This document shows, one piece after another, positions 1 through 15,132 of a stretch of DNA of 64,000 bases. The translations under genes and the position numbers were made by a program. Numbering within the stretch: position 1 is the stretch's first letter; the number at the start of each line of letters is the position of its first letter. A model generated the notes under the pieces. It was not told the origin of the DNA, searched no databases, and was given only the letters and a program-made list of their open reading frames with translations. Origin of the DNA: a virus. Lineage: Duplodnaviria > Heunggongvirae > Uroviricota > Caudoviricetes. The DNA is taken from IMG/VR virus record IMGVR_UViG_2718218452_000012. One strand, written 5' to 3'.

Positions 1-1284
1 TTACAGACTTCTGGAAGGTTGCGCAGCTCTTACAACACGCGGTTGATCTTCCGCAGCGTCTTCCAGCGCACTTAAATCACGGTCTTTCACCTCTGGCATT
101 TTCAGCGCAGAGATTAAACCAATCACTGAATATGCCATGATCATAATGGCGATCGGATACCAGGATTCCGTCATGGTGCAGAAAATACCCGCCAGGATAG
201 GACCAAAACCGGAAGCGATAAGACCACCAATTTCTTTAGAAATAGCCATCCGGGTAAAGCGGTTTTTACAGCCGAACATTTCTGCCATGGTAATGTTTTC
301 CAGAGCAAATAATCCCAGCACCGCACAGTTATGAATCACAATCAGTGCAACCATAATGGTGCTCGGGGCATAGCTTTTATCTACAATGATAGAAAGCATT
401 GGCCATGCCAGCACAATCGCGGAGGTATTCATAATAATATACGGGATCCGGCGACCAATTTTATCGGATAACCAACCAAGGAACGGAATGGTCATAAAGC
501 CGAGAATCGAACTAATCATCAATGCATCTGTTGGAATTGCTTTGTTAAACAATAACGTCTGCACTAAATAGCCTGCAAGGAAAGTCTGAATTAAACCTGA
601 GTTACCAACCTGACCAAAACGCAGCCCTGTTGCCAGCCAGAAGGATTTGCTCTGGAACATGCTACCGGCAGGTGCAGGTTTTGCTGTCGGTTGGTTGCTG
701 TCATTAACCTTCTCAAAGACCGGGCTTTCTTTCAGATTCATACGCAACCAGATAGCAAAGACCATCACGACAACGCTCGCCAGGAACGGTATACGCCATC
801 CCCACGCCAGCAGTTCCTCTTTACTGAGAATGAAGAACATAAAGGCCCAGATTGCCGTTGCGCTCAAGGTTCCGCAGTTAGTTCCCATAGCTACAAATGA
901 GGAGATAATTCCGCGCTTACCTTTTGGCGCATATTCCGCCAGCATCGTACCGGCACCGGAAATTTCCGCACCTGCACCCAACCCCTGAATAATACGCAGC
1001 GTCACCAGCAAGATGGGTGCAAAAACACCAATCTGTGCATAGGTCGGTAACACACCAATTAAGGTGGTACAGATCCCCATCATGGTGATGGTAATAAAGA
1101 GCACTTTTTTACGCCCTATTCTGTCGCCCATTTTGCCGAAAATAAATGCTCCGACAATACGCGCCACATAACCTGCACCGTAGGTTCCCATTGCCAGAAT
1201 TAACGCCATTGCCGTTGATGATTCAGGAAAAAATATTTCATGAAACACTAACGCTGCGCCGAGCGAATATAACTGGAAATCCAT
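1..1284 (-). CDS. ydfJ: MFS (metabolite:H+ symporter family) transporter YdfJ, probably 5'-truncated 3' portion
   Basis: 427-aa ORF with multiple TM segments; begins at the conserved (W)YDFxxY...FFP motif that normally lies about 30 aa inside MHS transporters, so N-terminus appears missing; ydfJ is the known Qin insertion target. Confidence 0.75.
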   Translation of the reverse strand: MDFQLYSLGAALVFHEIFFPESSTAMALILAMGTYGAGYVARIVGAFIFGKMGDRIGRKKVLFITITMMGICTTLIGVLPTYAQIGVFAPILLVTLRIIQGLGAGAEISGAGTMLAEYAPKGKRGIISSFVAMGTNCGTLSATAIWAFMFFILSKEELLAWGWRIPFLASVVVMVFAIWLRMNLKESPVFEKVNDSNQPTAKPAPAGSMFQSKSFWLATGLRFGQVGNSGLIQTFLAGYLVQTLLFNKAIPTDALMISSILGFMTIPFLGWLSDKIGRRIPYIIMNTSAIVLAWPMLSIIVDKSYAPSTIMVALIVIHNCAVLGLFALENITMAEMFGCKNRFTRMAISKEIGGLIASGFGPILAGIFCTMTESWYPIAIMIMAYSVIGLISALKMPEVKDRDLSALEDAAEDQPRVVRAAQPSRSL

Positions 1285-2036
1285 AATTCACAGGTGTTTT
1301 TCCCCATCCTGTGGTTTCCTTGGCGTTTTCTAGGTTTTTTCAGATAGTTGCATTTTTTAAAAAGCATCCTAAGTTCGATCTCAGTGTCTATCTGGGGCCT
1401 ATTTCTGTCCCATATATGCCCCAAAAAAACTCCCCAACAGATAAGTAGTTTTTTCATGGATTTATGCGTAAAATCAAGAACGGCTGGAAATCATTCAATA
1501 CTCACACTATCGAAAAATTTACCAGCCAACCGCAGCACGTTCTTGCATAAGGCGTGTCTGCGGTTTTTCAACTATTCAGATACATCACTCCCATCACATT
1601 CATTCCTCCGCATCAAAGGCATATAGGCTATATCACCTTGATATTTTTCTTCTTCAGATAAAAACTGTTATCTATGTATACTTTTAAACCCAATCCGTGT
1701 AGAGTCTCTGCATAAGATAGTTTGCAGTTGCCGCTTCAGCTTGCGCCATAAACCGCCTGATTTTTGCTGCCACCTGTTAGCATTCCTGTATACCTGAAAC
1801 GACAATGTTTATCTACGAACTTTAAGAACCCCCAGGATAAAAATTGTCAACTATATCATATATAACACATTACTAATTCGAGGCTATATGAACAGCATAC
1901 TGATAATCACTTCTCTCCTTATCATATTCAGCATTTTTAGTCATGCCCTAATAAAATTAGGGATTGGCATATCCAATAACCCAGACAAAACCGATGTATA
2001 AGTCAACATATCCTGAATCAGACATACAATATCGCA

Positions 2037-2303
2037 ATGAAAATCAATAATATTTTAAGGAATATCTTCATGAAATCAAAAGACACCCTAAAGTGGTTCC
2101 CTGCGCAGCTTCCTGAAGTAAGAATTATCCTAGGGGATGCTGTAGTGGAAGTAGCAAAACAGGGAAGACCTATCAATACCAGAACATTGCTTGATTACAT
2201 TGAAGGAAACATAAAGAAAAAATCATGGCTGGATAACAAAGAATTATTACAAACAGCGATATCAGTTCTTAAAGACAACCAAAATTTAAATGGTAAAATG
2301 TAA
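2037..2303 (+). CDS. ydfK: small phage-associated protein YdfK/YnaE family
   Basis: 88-aa ORF; sequence recalled as YdfK-like; true start may be the internal Met at about 2070. Confidence 0.6.
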   Translation: MKINNILRNIFMKSKDTLKWFPAQLPEVRIILGDAVVEVAKQGRPINTRTLLDYIEGNIKKKSWLDNKELLQTAISVLKDNQNLNGKM

Positions 2304-2619
2304 TATAATAAACTTACTTTTTTATCATTTTTCCACTTTAACAACATTTTGCTCCACTTTTCCACGACCAAACAACTTTAAATCTGGTTAAAATAACACG
2401 CAACACTATTCTTCTTCCTTGAGTCCGCCCGGAACTCGAAAAACAAACCGAGTTAAAGCCATTTTTCACAAAATCGATTTTGGGTCTCACCAAAGTTACG
2501 GGGTTGCATACGCATTCGTTTATTTTCGAACGTGTACATACAAATATGCACAAAAATAATCAAAATTATTTTCTGAGATGCATTATGATATGAACACCAA
2601 TTTCGTATAGAGTCTCACT

Positions 2620-3210
2620 ATGTCTCGAATTTTTGCTTACTGTCGGATATCAACGCTGGATCAGACCACCGAAAATCAACGCCGGGAAATCGAAAGTGCA
2701 GGTTTTAAAATCAAACCTCAGCAAATAATCGAAGAACACATTAGCGGCTCAGCAGCAACCAGTGAGCGTCCTGGTTTTAACCGGTTGCTTGCTCGCCTGA
2801 AATGTGGTGATCAATTGATTGTGACAAAACTGGATCGCCTTGGTTGTAATGCAATGGATATCAGGAAAACAGTGGAACAACTGACCGAAACAGGTATCAG
2901 AGTGCATTGCTTAGCATTGGGGGGCATTGACCTGACCAGTCCAACAGGAAAAATGATGATGCAAGTAATTTCAGCAGTCGCTGAATTTGAACGAGACCTT
3001 TTACTTGAACGCACTCATTCCGGGATAGTAAGAGCCCGGGGCGCAGGGAAACGTTTTGGTCGACCACCTGTGTTAAATGAAGAACAGAAACAGGTGGTAT
3101 TCGAACGGATTAAGTCAGGTGTAAGTATAAGTGCCATTGCCCGGGAATTCAAAACCTCGCGGCAAACCATTTTAAGAGCCAAAGCAAAACTTCAGACACC
3201 TGACATATAA
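2620..3210 (+). CDS. pinQ: serine recombinase, DNA invertase Pin (Gin/Hin/Cin family)
   Basis: 196 aa; N-terminal catalytic motif YCRISTLDQ with Ser nucleophile and C-terminal HTH, typical of invertases. Confidence 0.9.
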
Positions 3211-3307
3211 AAAATAATCTCGGTGTGAGATGCTTTACGTCTTCCAAGCCCCCTTCCTTGCCGTAAATGGAAAGATACATCTAATTATAGAATTTATATG
3301 TTTTACC

Positions 3308-3883
3308 CTACGGCAGTGCTGGCCATTCAATATCCTGTGCAGTTGACGTATCAACACGGTTCAGCAATACCCGATACTTTTTCCAGGCTTCCAGCAACGA
3401 GATTTCTTCCTCCGTTGCAATTTCCAGATCTGCAGCATCCTGAAGTGGCGCAATATGCTCACTGGCTACCTGCATCAGGCTGTTTTTTGTTTCTTCCGCC
3501 TCCCGGATCCGGAACAGTTTTTCTGCTTCTGCATCTTTCACCCAGGCTGTGCCGTTCCACTTCTGAAACTCCCCTTCCGGGGATAACCAGGTGACATTTT
3601 CCGGTAATGAGCCGAGTTCAGAAATAAATAACGCGTCGCCGGAAGCCACGTCATAAACCGTTTTACCCCGATGATCTTCAACGAGATGCCACGATGACTC
3701 ATCACTGTTGAAAACAGCCACGAAGCCAGCCGGAATATCTGGCGGTGCAATATAGGTACTGTTTGCTGGCAGACCTGTATGAGGCGGAATATATGCGTCA
3801 CCTTCACCAATAAATTCATTAGTTCCGGCCAGCAGATTATAAATTTTTATGGTCCGTGGTTGTTCACTCATTCTGAATGCCAT
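3308..3883 (-). CDS. tfaQ: tail fibre assembly protein
   Basis: 191-aa ORF immediately downstream of the side tail fibre gene and convergent with pin; Tfa-like sequence. Confidence 0.85.
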   Translation of the reverse strand: MAFRMSEQPRTIKIYNLLAGTNEFIGEGDAYIPPHTGLPANSTYIAPPDIPAGFVAVFNSDESSWHLVEDHRGKTVYDVASGDALFISELGSLPENVTWLSPEGEFQKWNGTAWVKDAEAEKLFRIREAEETKNSLMQVASEHIAPLQDAADLEIATEEEISLLEAWKKYRVLLNRVDTSTAQDIEWPALP

Positions 3884-6800
3884 TATGCAAGCCTCACAAT
3901 GTAGTTAAATGCGATGTTTTTGACGGTGTTTTCCGCGTTACCAGCAGCGTTAACGGTGATGGTGTGTCCATGTGAGCCAATCGCAACAGAGTGCGTATGA
4001 GCACCAATACCGACAGTATGTGCGTGAGCACCTGCAGATGCGGCTGTGCCGCTGACACTATGAGTGTGCGCTCCTGCAGCACTTGTATTCACACTGGCCG
4101 CAGACACTACCTTATGTACTGACCCATTTTGTGACCACTGGCTGACTGCTGATGCGCCTGTGACACTATGAGTATGGTTTCCGGCACTTGCGGCTGTACC
4201 GCTCACACTGTGCGTATGCGCCCCGGTGTTATTCGTGGATTTAGTGCCGTAATCAAACGACGATGTGGTTTTCGTCCCCAAATCCGTACTGGATGCGCTG
4301 GCGCTGTGGGTGTGCGATTTAATGCCGTCCTGTTCCTGAGACAATACGGCACGACCACTGGCAGGTTTGCCCTTAATCGTCCAGCCACGCATATCAGGGA
4401 TCACGCCTGACGGATAAGCGGCTGCAAGTTTCGGGTATGCAGATTTGTCAAAAGTCTGCCCCTGCATCAGGGCATAACCAGACGGAACGGTATCTGATGG
4501 CCACGGGATTGGTGCACCGACTGGGTAGCTTTCTGGTGGAAGATTTTTCGAGGTATAAACTTCTGCCCAGTCTTCCTCAAAACCATAGCCATCTCTTGAG
4601 GAACGGTAGAACAGACCTCCATTTCTGTAATGTGCCTTCATCTGCAGGGTCCGGCAACTTCCGACTCCGGTATAGAAGTTAACCAGAATATAGCTGTCGC
4701 CAGAGCGGGTGACATTGTAAGCGCCTGATTCGGCATTCCATGGAACGCCCCCATCCGCATCGGCATACGTATCCGTTGCCCTTCTGGCAAAAGCAGCCAC
4801 ATGCGCGGCGGTTAAAGTAATATCTTTGGAACCATCAAACTCAACACCAGAAACCAGTCTTGGCGTTTGCAGCTTTGTTGCTGTTAATGCATTACCGTTC
4901 AGACTTGCGGACAGTTTGGTTCCAATAACCAGTTCGCCGGTTGCGTTATCAATAGCAAACGGTCTTAATGTATTCCAGCCACCATAAACATCACCTTGAT
5001 TGGTAAGCAGCAGGTAAGTTTTAGCGCCATCATTACGCCATAATGCACCATACTCCCCACCTATCATTCGAATCTGATTACCACCACGCGCTACAATTTC
5101 GTCTGTGGCAAAAAGTTTTTTGCACGACAAGTTATCGTTAACGATTAACGAATGAGACTCATAAAAACCACGCCCACTCTTAAAATCAAGGATAACGTCC
5201 GCCGCGATACATTCAGTCGCCGGATTTGTTGCCCCAAACTTATAGGTCGTATCATTAACAACGAGATCAGCACCAGGTGCGGATATTGACAGGCCATCTT
5301 CGATAAACGCAAAAACAGGGAAAGCAGCGCCATCAACATAGAACACAGAGCGCAAATCATCGCCCTTATTACTCATCATTATTGAGTGGATGGCTCGTTC
5401 ATTGTTTTGATATTGCCAGAACATTCCATAAGCATAACGCCCCCTGTCAGTCCAGCCACCAGGCATAACAAATCCGTTAAACTCGCAGTTATTCATCGGA
5501 TCGCCTGCGGTTCGCGTTGCCGTGGTGATAATGACCCTTGATGCCAGTTCGCTTACTGAGCCAGCAGAACGCATAACAACAACAGGGTAATATTTTCCAG
5601 ATGTTGCACCTGCAGGAGCGTTAACCCGCACATAACGCATACCACGCTTATCAGCAAAGTCTGTTTTACTGACCGCGTTAATGTTGTTCAGGAAGCGTCC
5701 CTTATCGGGTATATCAGCGCCGTTCTGGTCTTTCTGCAGACGTTTCTCTGCATTGTCATAGGCTGATTTTACTGCCTTTGGCGTTGCCGCCAGCGTTTCA
5801 GACGTACTGTTGGTCGCACTGCTGAGCTGTACTATCCCCTTTTTCGTCGTACTTGCATCCTCAAGCGCCACGGCGGATGCAATATCCTCTGCCCGTTTTG
5901 CCGCTGTCTCGGCGCGCGTTGCCGCGGATTCCGCCGTACTTTTGCTCTGTGCTGCCGCCGTCGCACTGCCAGCTGCCTCTGTCGCCTTCGTGGATGCTGT
6001 CGTGGCGCTGCCCTTCGCTGCTGATGCTTGTCTGGTCGCCTCATCTTTTGAAGCAGACGCCGATGATGCCGATGACGCCGCCGAACTGGCGGACGATGCG
6101 GCAGCCGTTTTTGAGGATTCTGCGCTGGTTTCCGACGCTTTCGCGTTCGTTTCGGATGTCTTCGCTGCGGAAGCAGACCTCGCTGCTGCGCTGGCCTGTT
6201 CAGTGGCTTCGCCAGCCTTCGTTGTGGCTGTTGAAGCGGATGATGCGGCGCTTTCTGCCGATTTTCCGGCGGCGGTGGCACTGACTGCTGCCTCCTCTGC
6301 CTTAATGGACGCCTCACGGGCCGATGATGCAGCTGCTGTCTCAGAGTCTGCCGCAGCTGAGGCGCTCTGTTCCGCTGCCGTTTCAGAAGACCTGGCATTC
6401 GTCTCGGACGTTTTTGCCGCCTTCACGGAATTTCCTGCCGCCGTTGCCGAGGAGGCTGCACTGCTGGCGCTTGTGGAGGCGTTCGTTTCTGATGATTTTG
6501 CCGCCTCTTTGGAGGCCGCCGCATCTCTGGCTGAAGTGGCGGCTTCTGACGCTTTCGTCGTCGCAGTGGATGCAGAAGTGGCTGCTGATTTTTGTGACGC
6601 TGCAGCATTCGTTTCTGACGTTTTCGCCGCACCGGCACTGGTGGCCGCCGCGCTTTTTGAGGACTCTGCAGCGGCAGCACTTTTTGATGCTTCAGTGGCC
6701 TTTGTTGATGCCGTTCCTGCGCTGGAAGACGCCTCCTGAGCCGAAGTCGCGGCCTGTCCGGCTGACGTGCTGGCTGCACGCGCTGAGCCTGCAGCATCAG

Positions 6801-7242
6801 TCGCTTGGGTTGCCGCCTCACGGGCAGATGTGCCGGCATCACTGGCTGACTTCTTCGCGGCTGCCGTGTTCTGTGCCACCGCGGACGCGTTACGCGTCAC
6901 CTCTTCCACCATCAGTTCAAAACGGCGCAGAGCCTCCGGACGGGCATCATCCTCCGTCATGGCACCGAGAAAATCATTCAGCGTACCGGGTCGGGAATCT
7001 TCATACACGGTGATGGTCCCGGCATGTGACGGCGGGAATCCTTCCACCAACAGAATAACGCTGTACTGACCGTACTCAACGTCCATGCTGTAACGCCCGG
7101 CTTCATCCGGATTTTCTGAGGCCAGCGTGTTCACCACCACCGTGGTGCTGTTACGTTTTGCTTTCAGCTGGATTGTGCAGTTCTGTACCGGTTTTCCTGT
7201 GCCGTCTTTCAGTACACCTGAAATCTTTACTGCCATATTCAC
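3883..7242 (-). CDS. stfQ: side tail fibre protein (Stf), Ala/Ser/Thr-rich repeat shaft and His-x-His C-terminal tip
   Basis: 1119-aa ORF; long low-complexity Ala-rich region; C-terminal HTHSV repeats; annotated start is GTG, an in-frame ATG lies 2 codons downstream. Confidence 0.85.
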   Translation of the reverse strand: MNMAVKISGVLKDGTGKPVQNCTIQLKAKRNSTTVVVNTLASENPDEAGRYSMDVEYGQYSVILLVEGFPPSHAGTITVYEDSRPGTLNDFLGAMTEDDARPEALRRFELMVEEVTRNASAVAQNTAAAKKSASDAGTSAREAATQATDAAGSARAASTSAGQAATSAQEASSSAGTASTKATEASKSAAAAESSKSAAATSAGAAKTSETNAAASQKSAATSASTATTKASEAATSARDAAASKEAAKSSETNASTSASSAASSATAAGNSVKAAKTSETNARSSETAAEQSASAAADSETAAASSAREASIKAEEAAVSATAAGKSAESAASSASTATTKAGEATEQASAAARSASAAKTSETNAKASETSAESSKTAAASSASSAASSASSASASKDEATRQASAAKGSATTASTKATEAAGSATAAAQSKSTAESAATRAETAAKRAEDIASAVALEDASTTKKGIVQLSSATNSTSETLAATPKAVKSAYDNAEKRLQKDQNGADIPDKGRFLNNINAVSKTDFADKRGMRYVRVNAPAGATSGKYYPVVVMRSAGSVSELASRVIITTATRTAGDPMNNCEFNGFVMPGGWTDRGRYAYGMFWQYQNNERAIHSIMMSNKGDDLRSVFYVDGAAFPVFAFIEDGLSISAPGADLVVNDTTYKFGATNPATECIAADVILDFKSGRGFYESHSLIVNDNLSCKKLFATDEIVARGGNQIRMIGGEYGALWRNDGAKTYLLLTNQGDVYGGWNTLRPFAIDNATGELVIGTKLSASLNGNALTATKLQTPRLVSGVEFDGSKDITLTAAHVAAFARRATDTYADADGGVPWNAESGAYNVTRSGDSYILVNFYTGVGSCRTLQMKAHYRNGGLFYRSSRDGYGFEEDWAEVYTSKNLPPESYPVGAPIPWPSDTVPSGYALMQGQTFDKSAYPKLAAAYPSGVIPDMRGWTIKGKPASGRAVLSQEQDGIKSHTHSASASSTDLGTKTTSSFDYGTKSTNNTGAHTHSVSGTAASAGNHTHSVTGASAVSQWSQNGSVHKVVSAASVNTSAAGAHTHSVSGTAASAGAHAHTVGIGAHTHSVAIGSHGHTITVNAAGNAENTVKNIAFNYIVRLA

Positions 7243-7247
7243 CCCAC

Positions 7248-7273
7248 AAAAAAGCCCGCCTGAACCGGCGGGC
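7248..7273 (-). terminator. rho-independent terminator downstream of lom
   Basis: GC hairpin GCCCGCC/GGCGGGC followed by T-run on minus strand. Confidence 0.5.
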
Positions 7274-7300
7274 TGTCATAACACTGTGTTACCTGGCTAA

Positions 7301-7900
7301 TCAGAACTTATAACCGACACCCACGATGAAACCGTCAGTGCGCCAGTCGCCACTGCCGGAGCCTTCATAAGCAATATCAATGGCCACGGATTCGGTCGGG
7401 TTAAACTGCACGCCAGCTCCCCACGCCAGAGACGTGTTGCTGTGGCGACCGTCATCACTTCCGGTCAGTACATCGTGCGTTTTCCCCTTGTTGTCAGTTA
7501 CGCGAAGATAATCCCCGGAGAAAGTCGACACACGGCTGTAAGCCACACCCGCCATCGCATACGCGCTGAACCATTCATTCACGCGCACAGACGGCCCCGC
7601 CATCACGCTGAACCAGCGGTTACGCACGGAATCTTCATGCCAGCGGGTATCGCTGTAATGGGTCAGCTGGCGATTCTTGTCTCCTGCATAGCTGAATGAC
7701 GTCACCAGCCCCAGTGTGTCCGTAAACTCATAACGGTATTTCACGTTAATCCCGTTCAGATCATCACTGCCGGGAACGTTCGTCCGGGCATGAAGATACC
7801 CCGCGCTCAGCGTGGACTGATGTTCAGACGCCCATGCAGGCGCACCGGATACGGCCAGACAAATGGCTGCGGACAAAATGGCGGCATAAAGTTTACGCAT
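7301..7900 (-). CDS. lom: Lom/Ail family outer membrane protein
   Basis: 199-aa ORF with signal peptide, beta-barrel-like sequence ending in F; located between J and stf as in lambda. Confidence 0.8.
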   Translation of the reverse strand: MRKLYAAILSAAICLAVSGAPAWASEHQSTLSAGYLHARTNVPGSDDLNGINVKYRYEFTDTLGLVTSFSYAGDKNRQLTHYSDTRWHEDSVRNRWFSVMAGPSVRVNEWFSAYAMAGVAYSRVSTFSGDYLRVTDNKGKTHDVLTGSDDGRHSNTSLAWGAGVQFNPTESVAIDIAYEGSGSGDWRTDGFIVGVGYKF

Positions 7901-7921
7901 AATTACCTCTCGCTTTTCTGC

Positions 7922-7948
7922 AATAAAAAAGGCGTCATTTCTGACGCC
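7922..7948 (-). terminator. rho-independent terminator downstream of J
   Basis: Hairpin GGCGTCA/TGACGCC followed by T-run on minus strand. Confidence 0.5.
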
Positions 7949-7966
7949 CGTTCTGGGTTATAAAAT

Positions 7967-11368
<3,402 letters not shown>

Positions 11369-11424
11369 TCACGCTCCATAAACAACAAAACCGCCCGGAG
11401 GCGGTTTCACATAAACGTTTTTCA

Positions 11425-12072
11425 TCAGCGACCAATCACCACAACCTGACCACCATCCCCCTCGTCTGCCGTGCTGATCTCCTGAGAGACCACCCGCGAC
11501 CCCACGCGCATTTCACCGTACAGAACCGGCAGAACATTGCCCTGGGCAACCATGTTATCCAGTGAGGAGAAATAGGTGTTCTGTTTGCCGTTATCTGTAC
11601 TTGCTGCCGTGGGCGTCCTGGCTTTCGGTGCCAGCATCTGCGCCACTCCGCCCAGGATCATACTGGCCCCTGCCGCATACATGCCCGATACAGCCGCGGC
11701 ACCCAGCCAGCCCACAGGGTTCCACCATGCCACCGCAATCAGCGCCGCCCCCAGCACCACCTGAAACACACCGCCACTTTTAGCTCCCGCCAGACGCGGC
11801 ACGATGTGGATCACGGCACCATTTGCCAGCGGCTCATTAAGACGGGCAGACAATTCGGTTTCACCTGCATCACGCCCGGCAATGCGTACCTGGTACCAGC
11901 CGTCGCTCAGTTTCTGACGAAACGCCGGGATCTGCATGGCCAGCGCCCGGATGGCTTCGGACCCCGTTTTCACTCGAAGGTCGATGCGGCGGCCAAATCG
12001 TTGTAAATCCCCGTAAAGGCAGATGCGTGCCATGCCCGGTGACGCCAGAGGGAGTGTGTGCGTCGCTGCCAT
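11425..12072 (-). CDS. tail assembly protein I
   Basis: 215-aa ORF between K and J; lambda I-like position; exact start uncertain (overlaps K). Confidence 0.75.
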   Translation of the reverse strand: MAATHTLPLASPGMARICLYGDLQRFGRRIDLRVKTGSEAIRALAMQIPAFRQKLSDGWYQVRIAGRDAGETELSARLNEPLANGAVIHIVPRLAGAKSGGVFQVVLGAALIAVAWWNPVGWLGAAAVSGMYAAGASMILGGVAQMLAPKARTPTAASTDNGKQNTYFSSLDNMVAQGNVLPVLYGEMRVGSRVVSQEISTADEGDGGQVVVIGR

Positions 12073-12713
12073 TTGTCGGTGTACCTCTCTCGTTTGCTCA
12101 GTTGTTCAGGAATATGGTGCAGCAGCTCGCCATCACCACAGTAAATGGCGGCATGATTCGGCACCGATGAACCAAAACAGCACAGCAGCACATCGCCCGG
12201 TTGTGCTGATGACAACGGCACCTGATACAGCCCTGTGGCCTCCAGATTATCCAGATAGAGATTCTGACCGTTACGCCACCAGTCATCCTCACGATGAAAG
12301 TCCGGCATCTCAATCCCCGCCAGATGATAAGCATCCCGGAACAGTGTGTAACAGTCCGTCACACCGTGCTCAAAGCGCCGCCCGGTGAGATGCGGCACAC
12401 AGCGGAACTTATGAATCGTCCCCCGGCAGACCAGCCACCACGGCAAATCACTCTGCACCTGCAGCCGCCGGTCGGCCTCACTCAGCCAGGGCAGACCACC
12501 GGGGTGGCTGTGGACCAGCGCCACAATCTCACCCTGCATTTCTGCCTGCAGCCAGTCTTCCGGCGACATACGGAAATACGCCTCCGGCTCACCGGAGATA
12601 TTCACGCAGGGGAAATATCTTTCCCCCTCCGGCGTGCTTACCACGAAGCCGCACGACTCCGCTGGCGCACATCGCCGGGCGTGCGCCAGAATCGCTGATT
12701 CTGTCTGTGTCAT
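11970..12713 (-). CDS. tail assembly protein K (NlpC/P60 family)
   Basis: 247-aa ORF beginning MTQTESAILAHARRCAPAESCGFVV, lambda K-like. Confidence 0.8.
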   Translation of the reverse strand: MTQTESAILAHARRCAPAESCGFVVSTPEGERYFPCVNISGEPEAYFRMSPEDWLQAEMQGEIVALVHSHPGGLPWLSEADRRLQVQSDLPWWLVCRGTIHKFRCVPHLTGRRFEHGVTDCYTLFRDAYHLAGIEMPDFHREDDWWRNGQNLYLDNLEATGLYQVPLSSAQPGDVLLCCFGSSVPNHAAIYCGDGELLHHIPEQLSKRERYTDKWQRRTHSLWRHRAWHASAFTGIYNDLAAASTFE

Positions 12714-12718
12714 GGGAT

Positions 12719-13417
12719 TTACTGCGAAAGTTTGTTAATGGAAAGGAAGCCGCCAAAGTTGCCGACGTTATTGCGGAACTTACAACCGCTCAGGCATTTG
12801 CTACATTTATCCTTCGTGATATCGGACGTTGGCTGGTCATATTCATCCGCGACCGCCGGACCGTTATAACCGCACTCATCACCGCGATAGGTCCAGGTGC
12901 AGGTGTTGGCCAGCATGATACGTCCCGGAAAAACGGCACCGTCCGTTTCCGTCGGCGTGGACAGTACAAAAGAGGCACTCACCGCGCTCAGTTCACTGCA
13001 CTGCTCGATGCGCCAGCGGCTGATCACCTCCTGCTCCGGATCGGCGTCACTGTTTCCGTTGACGAAGTTCACCGCATCCAGAAAACGGGCGTAAACCTTA
13101 CGCCGGACCACCGTTCCTCCGACCAGACTCTGCAGGTCTTTCGCCATCCCGGTGACCATGCCGTGCAGGTTAGCAACCGTCAGTGTCGGACGGGCAGCAC
13201 TGCCCTTGCCGTTCAGTTCAAATCCCGTCCCCTGAATGGGATAGGCCTGATACTGTCGCCCCTGCCAGGTGACCGGCTCACCTTTTTCGTTCTGCTCATT
13301 ACAGAAAAAATAACGTTCTCCACCGACCACTGTCAGATCGATTTCCCAGAGCACCACCTGGGCTGACTGAGTGAGGCGTGTCGTCTCATGATGTGTTTCC
13401 TGTGGAATATCCAGCAT
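12719..13417 (-). CDS. minor tail protein L
   Basis: 232 aa, lambda L-like length and synteny. Confidence 0.85.
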   Translation of the reverse strand: MLDIPQETHHETTRLTQSAQVVLWEIDLTVVGGERYFFCNEQNEKGEPVTWQGRQYQAYPIQGTGFELNGKGSAARPTLTVANLHGMVTGMAKDLQSLVGGTVVRRKVYARFLDAVNFVNGNSDADPEQEVISRWRIEQCSELSAVSASFVLSTPTETDGAVFPGRIMLANTCTWTYRGDECGYNGPAVADEYDQPTSDITKDKCSKCLSGCKFRNNVGNFGGFLSINKLSQ

Positions 13418-13426
13418 CAGAGACTC

Positions 13427-13756
13427 CTATGCCACGACCTGTTCAAAATCTGCCGTTATGGTTACCCACAACGCCCCCACGCTTGCCGACCATTTACGAC
13501 AAACCACCCTGATCGGCTTCCAGTCATAAGGTGGCGTCCACTGAAATGCGCGGACGCCACCGTGCCGTTCCAGAAAGGCTTTTAAAGATGGGTGTTCACA
13601 TTTACGAACACGTATCGTCACGCTGTAAGTCGACAACTGGTTATTCAGTCCCGCCGCACGACGCTGTTCATAACCATCGCCCAGCTTCACTGTCACCACT
13701 TTCGGCTCTGATACCACATTCATATCCGGGCGCACTTTCCAGTGAAACGTCTCCAT
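13427..13756 (-). CDS. minor tail protein M
   Basis: 109 aa, lambda M-like length and synteny. Confidence 0.85.
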   Translation of the reverse strand: METFHWKVRPDMNVVSEPKVVTVKLGDGYEQRRAAGLNNQLSTYSVTIRVRKCEHPSLKAFLERHGGVRAFQWTPPYDWKPIRVVCRKWSASVGALWVTITADFEQVVA

Positions 13757-15132
13757 TACCGATATGCTCCACTTAACCGACCACCATCACGGGCCTGCTG
13801 TTGCATAAAGTCCGCTGCTGCTTTTTTCCCAAGGTCATAAACCACCTTCAGGGCAGCCGGACCTATCTGCCCGTTCGTGCCATCGTTATTGATCTCGATG
13901 TTGTACTGCGGGGCAAACATCGCCATACCTGAACCACCAATATCCGCCACAACCCCCAGCTTACCGTCAGCACCACGACGCAGTGGCAGAATGGCTTCAG
14001 GTCCAGCTTCCCCCATCACACCCGCGCCTTTTGCAAAAGCAAAAAACGTCGGACGGTTAACCACCGTGCCACTGTAACGACTCAAATCAGCAGACTGATA
14101 AATCCCCCCATTGGCATTCAGGGAAAGGCTGCTGAGATCAAATCCCAGTACACTGCCAATCCCTTTTATCGATTTCATCATGGTTGCCTGCGCCAGAATT
14201 TTCGCCATATCTGACAGCACCGAAGAGGTGAAGGATTTGAAGTTGAGTTTGCCGGTAGTGACAAAAGTTGCCAGGCCATTTCCCATGTTGCTGAAGGCTG
14301 ACGAGAACACCTGTTCTGCTGTTCCTGCCGTATTGTCTGCATCCACGGTAAAATCCTGAAATGCACGCAGGACTCCGTTTTTCCAGTTACCCTGCACAAC
14401 TTCAAGCTGTTGCCAGTAACGGCGATTCTCATTCAGTTGTCGGTTCAGGCTCTCCGTCAGCGCCTGCTCGGCCTTTCTGTAGTCATCCGTGTTATATGTC
14501 CCTTTCTGCTCACTATCCCGCCTCAACTGCTCCAGCTGTTGCTGGTATTTCTGGCGAAGACTCAGTTGTACCTGATATCGCTGCCGCTGCTGATCACCCA
14601 TACCCACCGTGGCGATATCCAGGTCATGTTGCTGACGCTGAGCGCGCTCTTCTTCAGCCAGTTGACTGGTCAGCTGAATTGTTTTTTTCTTCAGATCGTT
14701 GAGTGCCGTCTGTTTCTGAAGCTCCTGCTGTTTTACATCCAGCAGCGTCAGTGCCTGAATCAGTTCATCTTTACGGGCCAGCACACTCTTTTCATCTGCC
14801 GTCAGTTTTTTCCCGTCCAGATCGCTGATGCGCTGCTGCAGAGCCAGAAGCTGTTTATGCGCTTCTGTCATCTTTTCAGTGGCAATGCCTGCTGACTGTC
14901 TTGCAGCAGCAATCTGTCCTTCCACCTGTGCCTGTTGCTGACTGTACTGCAGCAATAACCGGGTGGCCTCATCATTACGGGTTTCGCGTGTTTTTTTCTT
15001 ACCGGATGCCAGGGCTTTCTCGTAACGTTCATTTTCACGTTTGTATCGCTGCATCCCTGACAGCCTGATCGGCGTACTGCATGGAATTAATACGCGCAAT
15101 TTCACGCTGATGTCGTGCTGCTTCCGTTTCAT
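13756..15132 (-). CDS. tail tape measure protein H, C-terminal portion (frame-shifted relative to N-terminal portion)
   Basis: 458-aa coiled-coil-rich ORF in the H position; overlaps the upstream H fragment in a different frame. Confidence 0.7.
   Translation of the reverse strand: MKRKQHDISVKLRVLIPCSTPIRLSGMQRYKRENERYEKALASGKKKTRETRNDEATRLLLQYSQQQAQVEGQIAAARQSAGIATEKMTEAHKQLLALQQRISDLDGKKLTADEKSVLARKDELIQALTLLDVKQQELQKQTALNDLKKKTIQLTSQLAEEERAQRQQHDLDIATVGMGDQQRQRYQVQLSLRQKYQQQLEQLRRDSEQKGTYNTDDYRKAEQALTESLNRQLNENRRYWQQLEVVQGNWKNGVLRAFQDFTVDADNTAGTAEQVFSSAFSNMGNGLATFVTTGKLNFKSFTSSVLSDMAKILAQATMMKSIKGIGSVLGFDLSSLSLNANGGIYQSADLSRYSGTVVNRPTFFAFAKGAGVMGEAGPEAILPLRRGADGKLGVVADIGGSGMAMFAPQYNIEINNDGTNGQIGPAALKVVYDLGKKAAADFMQQQARDGGRLSGAYR

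Noticed and set aside
3211..3307. Possible Pin crossover site in the pin-tfa intergenic region
   Set aside because: Only weak resemblance to the gix/hix consensus by eye; not reported as a feature
5810..7069. Several long ORFs (309, 229, 188, 143, 139, 100 aa) on both strands inside the side tail fibre gene
   Set aside because: They arise from the GCN-rich Ala-repeat region of stf, are proline/arginine or alanine low-complexity, and overlap a well-supported 1119-aa gene; treated as non-coding frame artefacts
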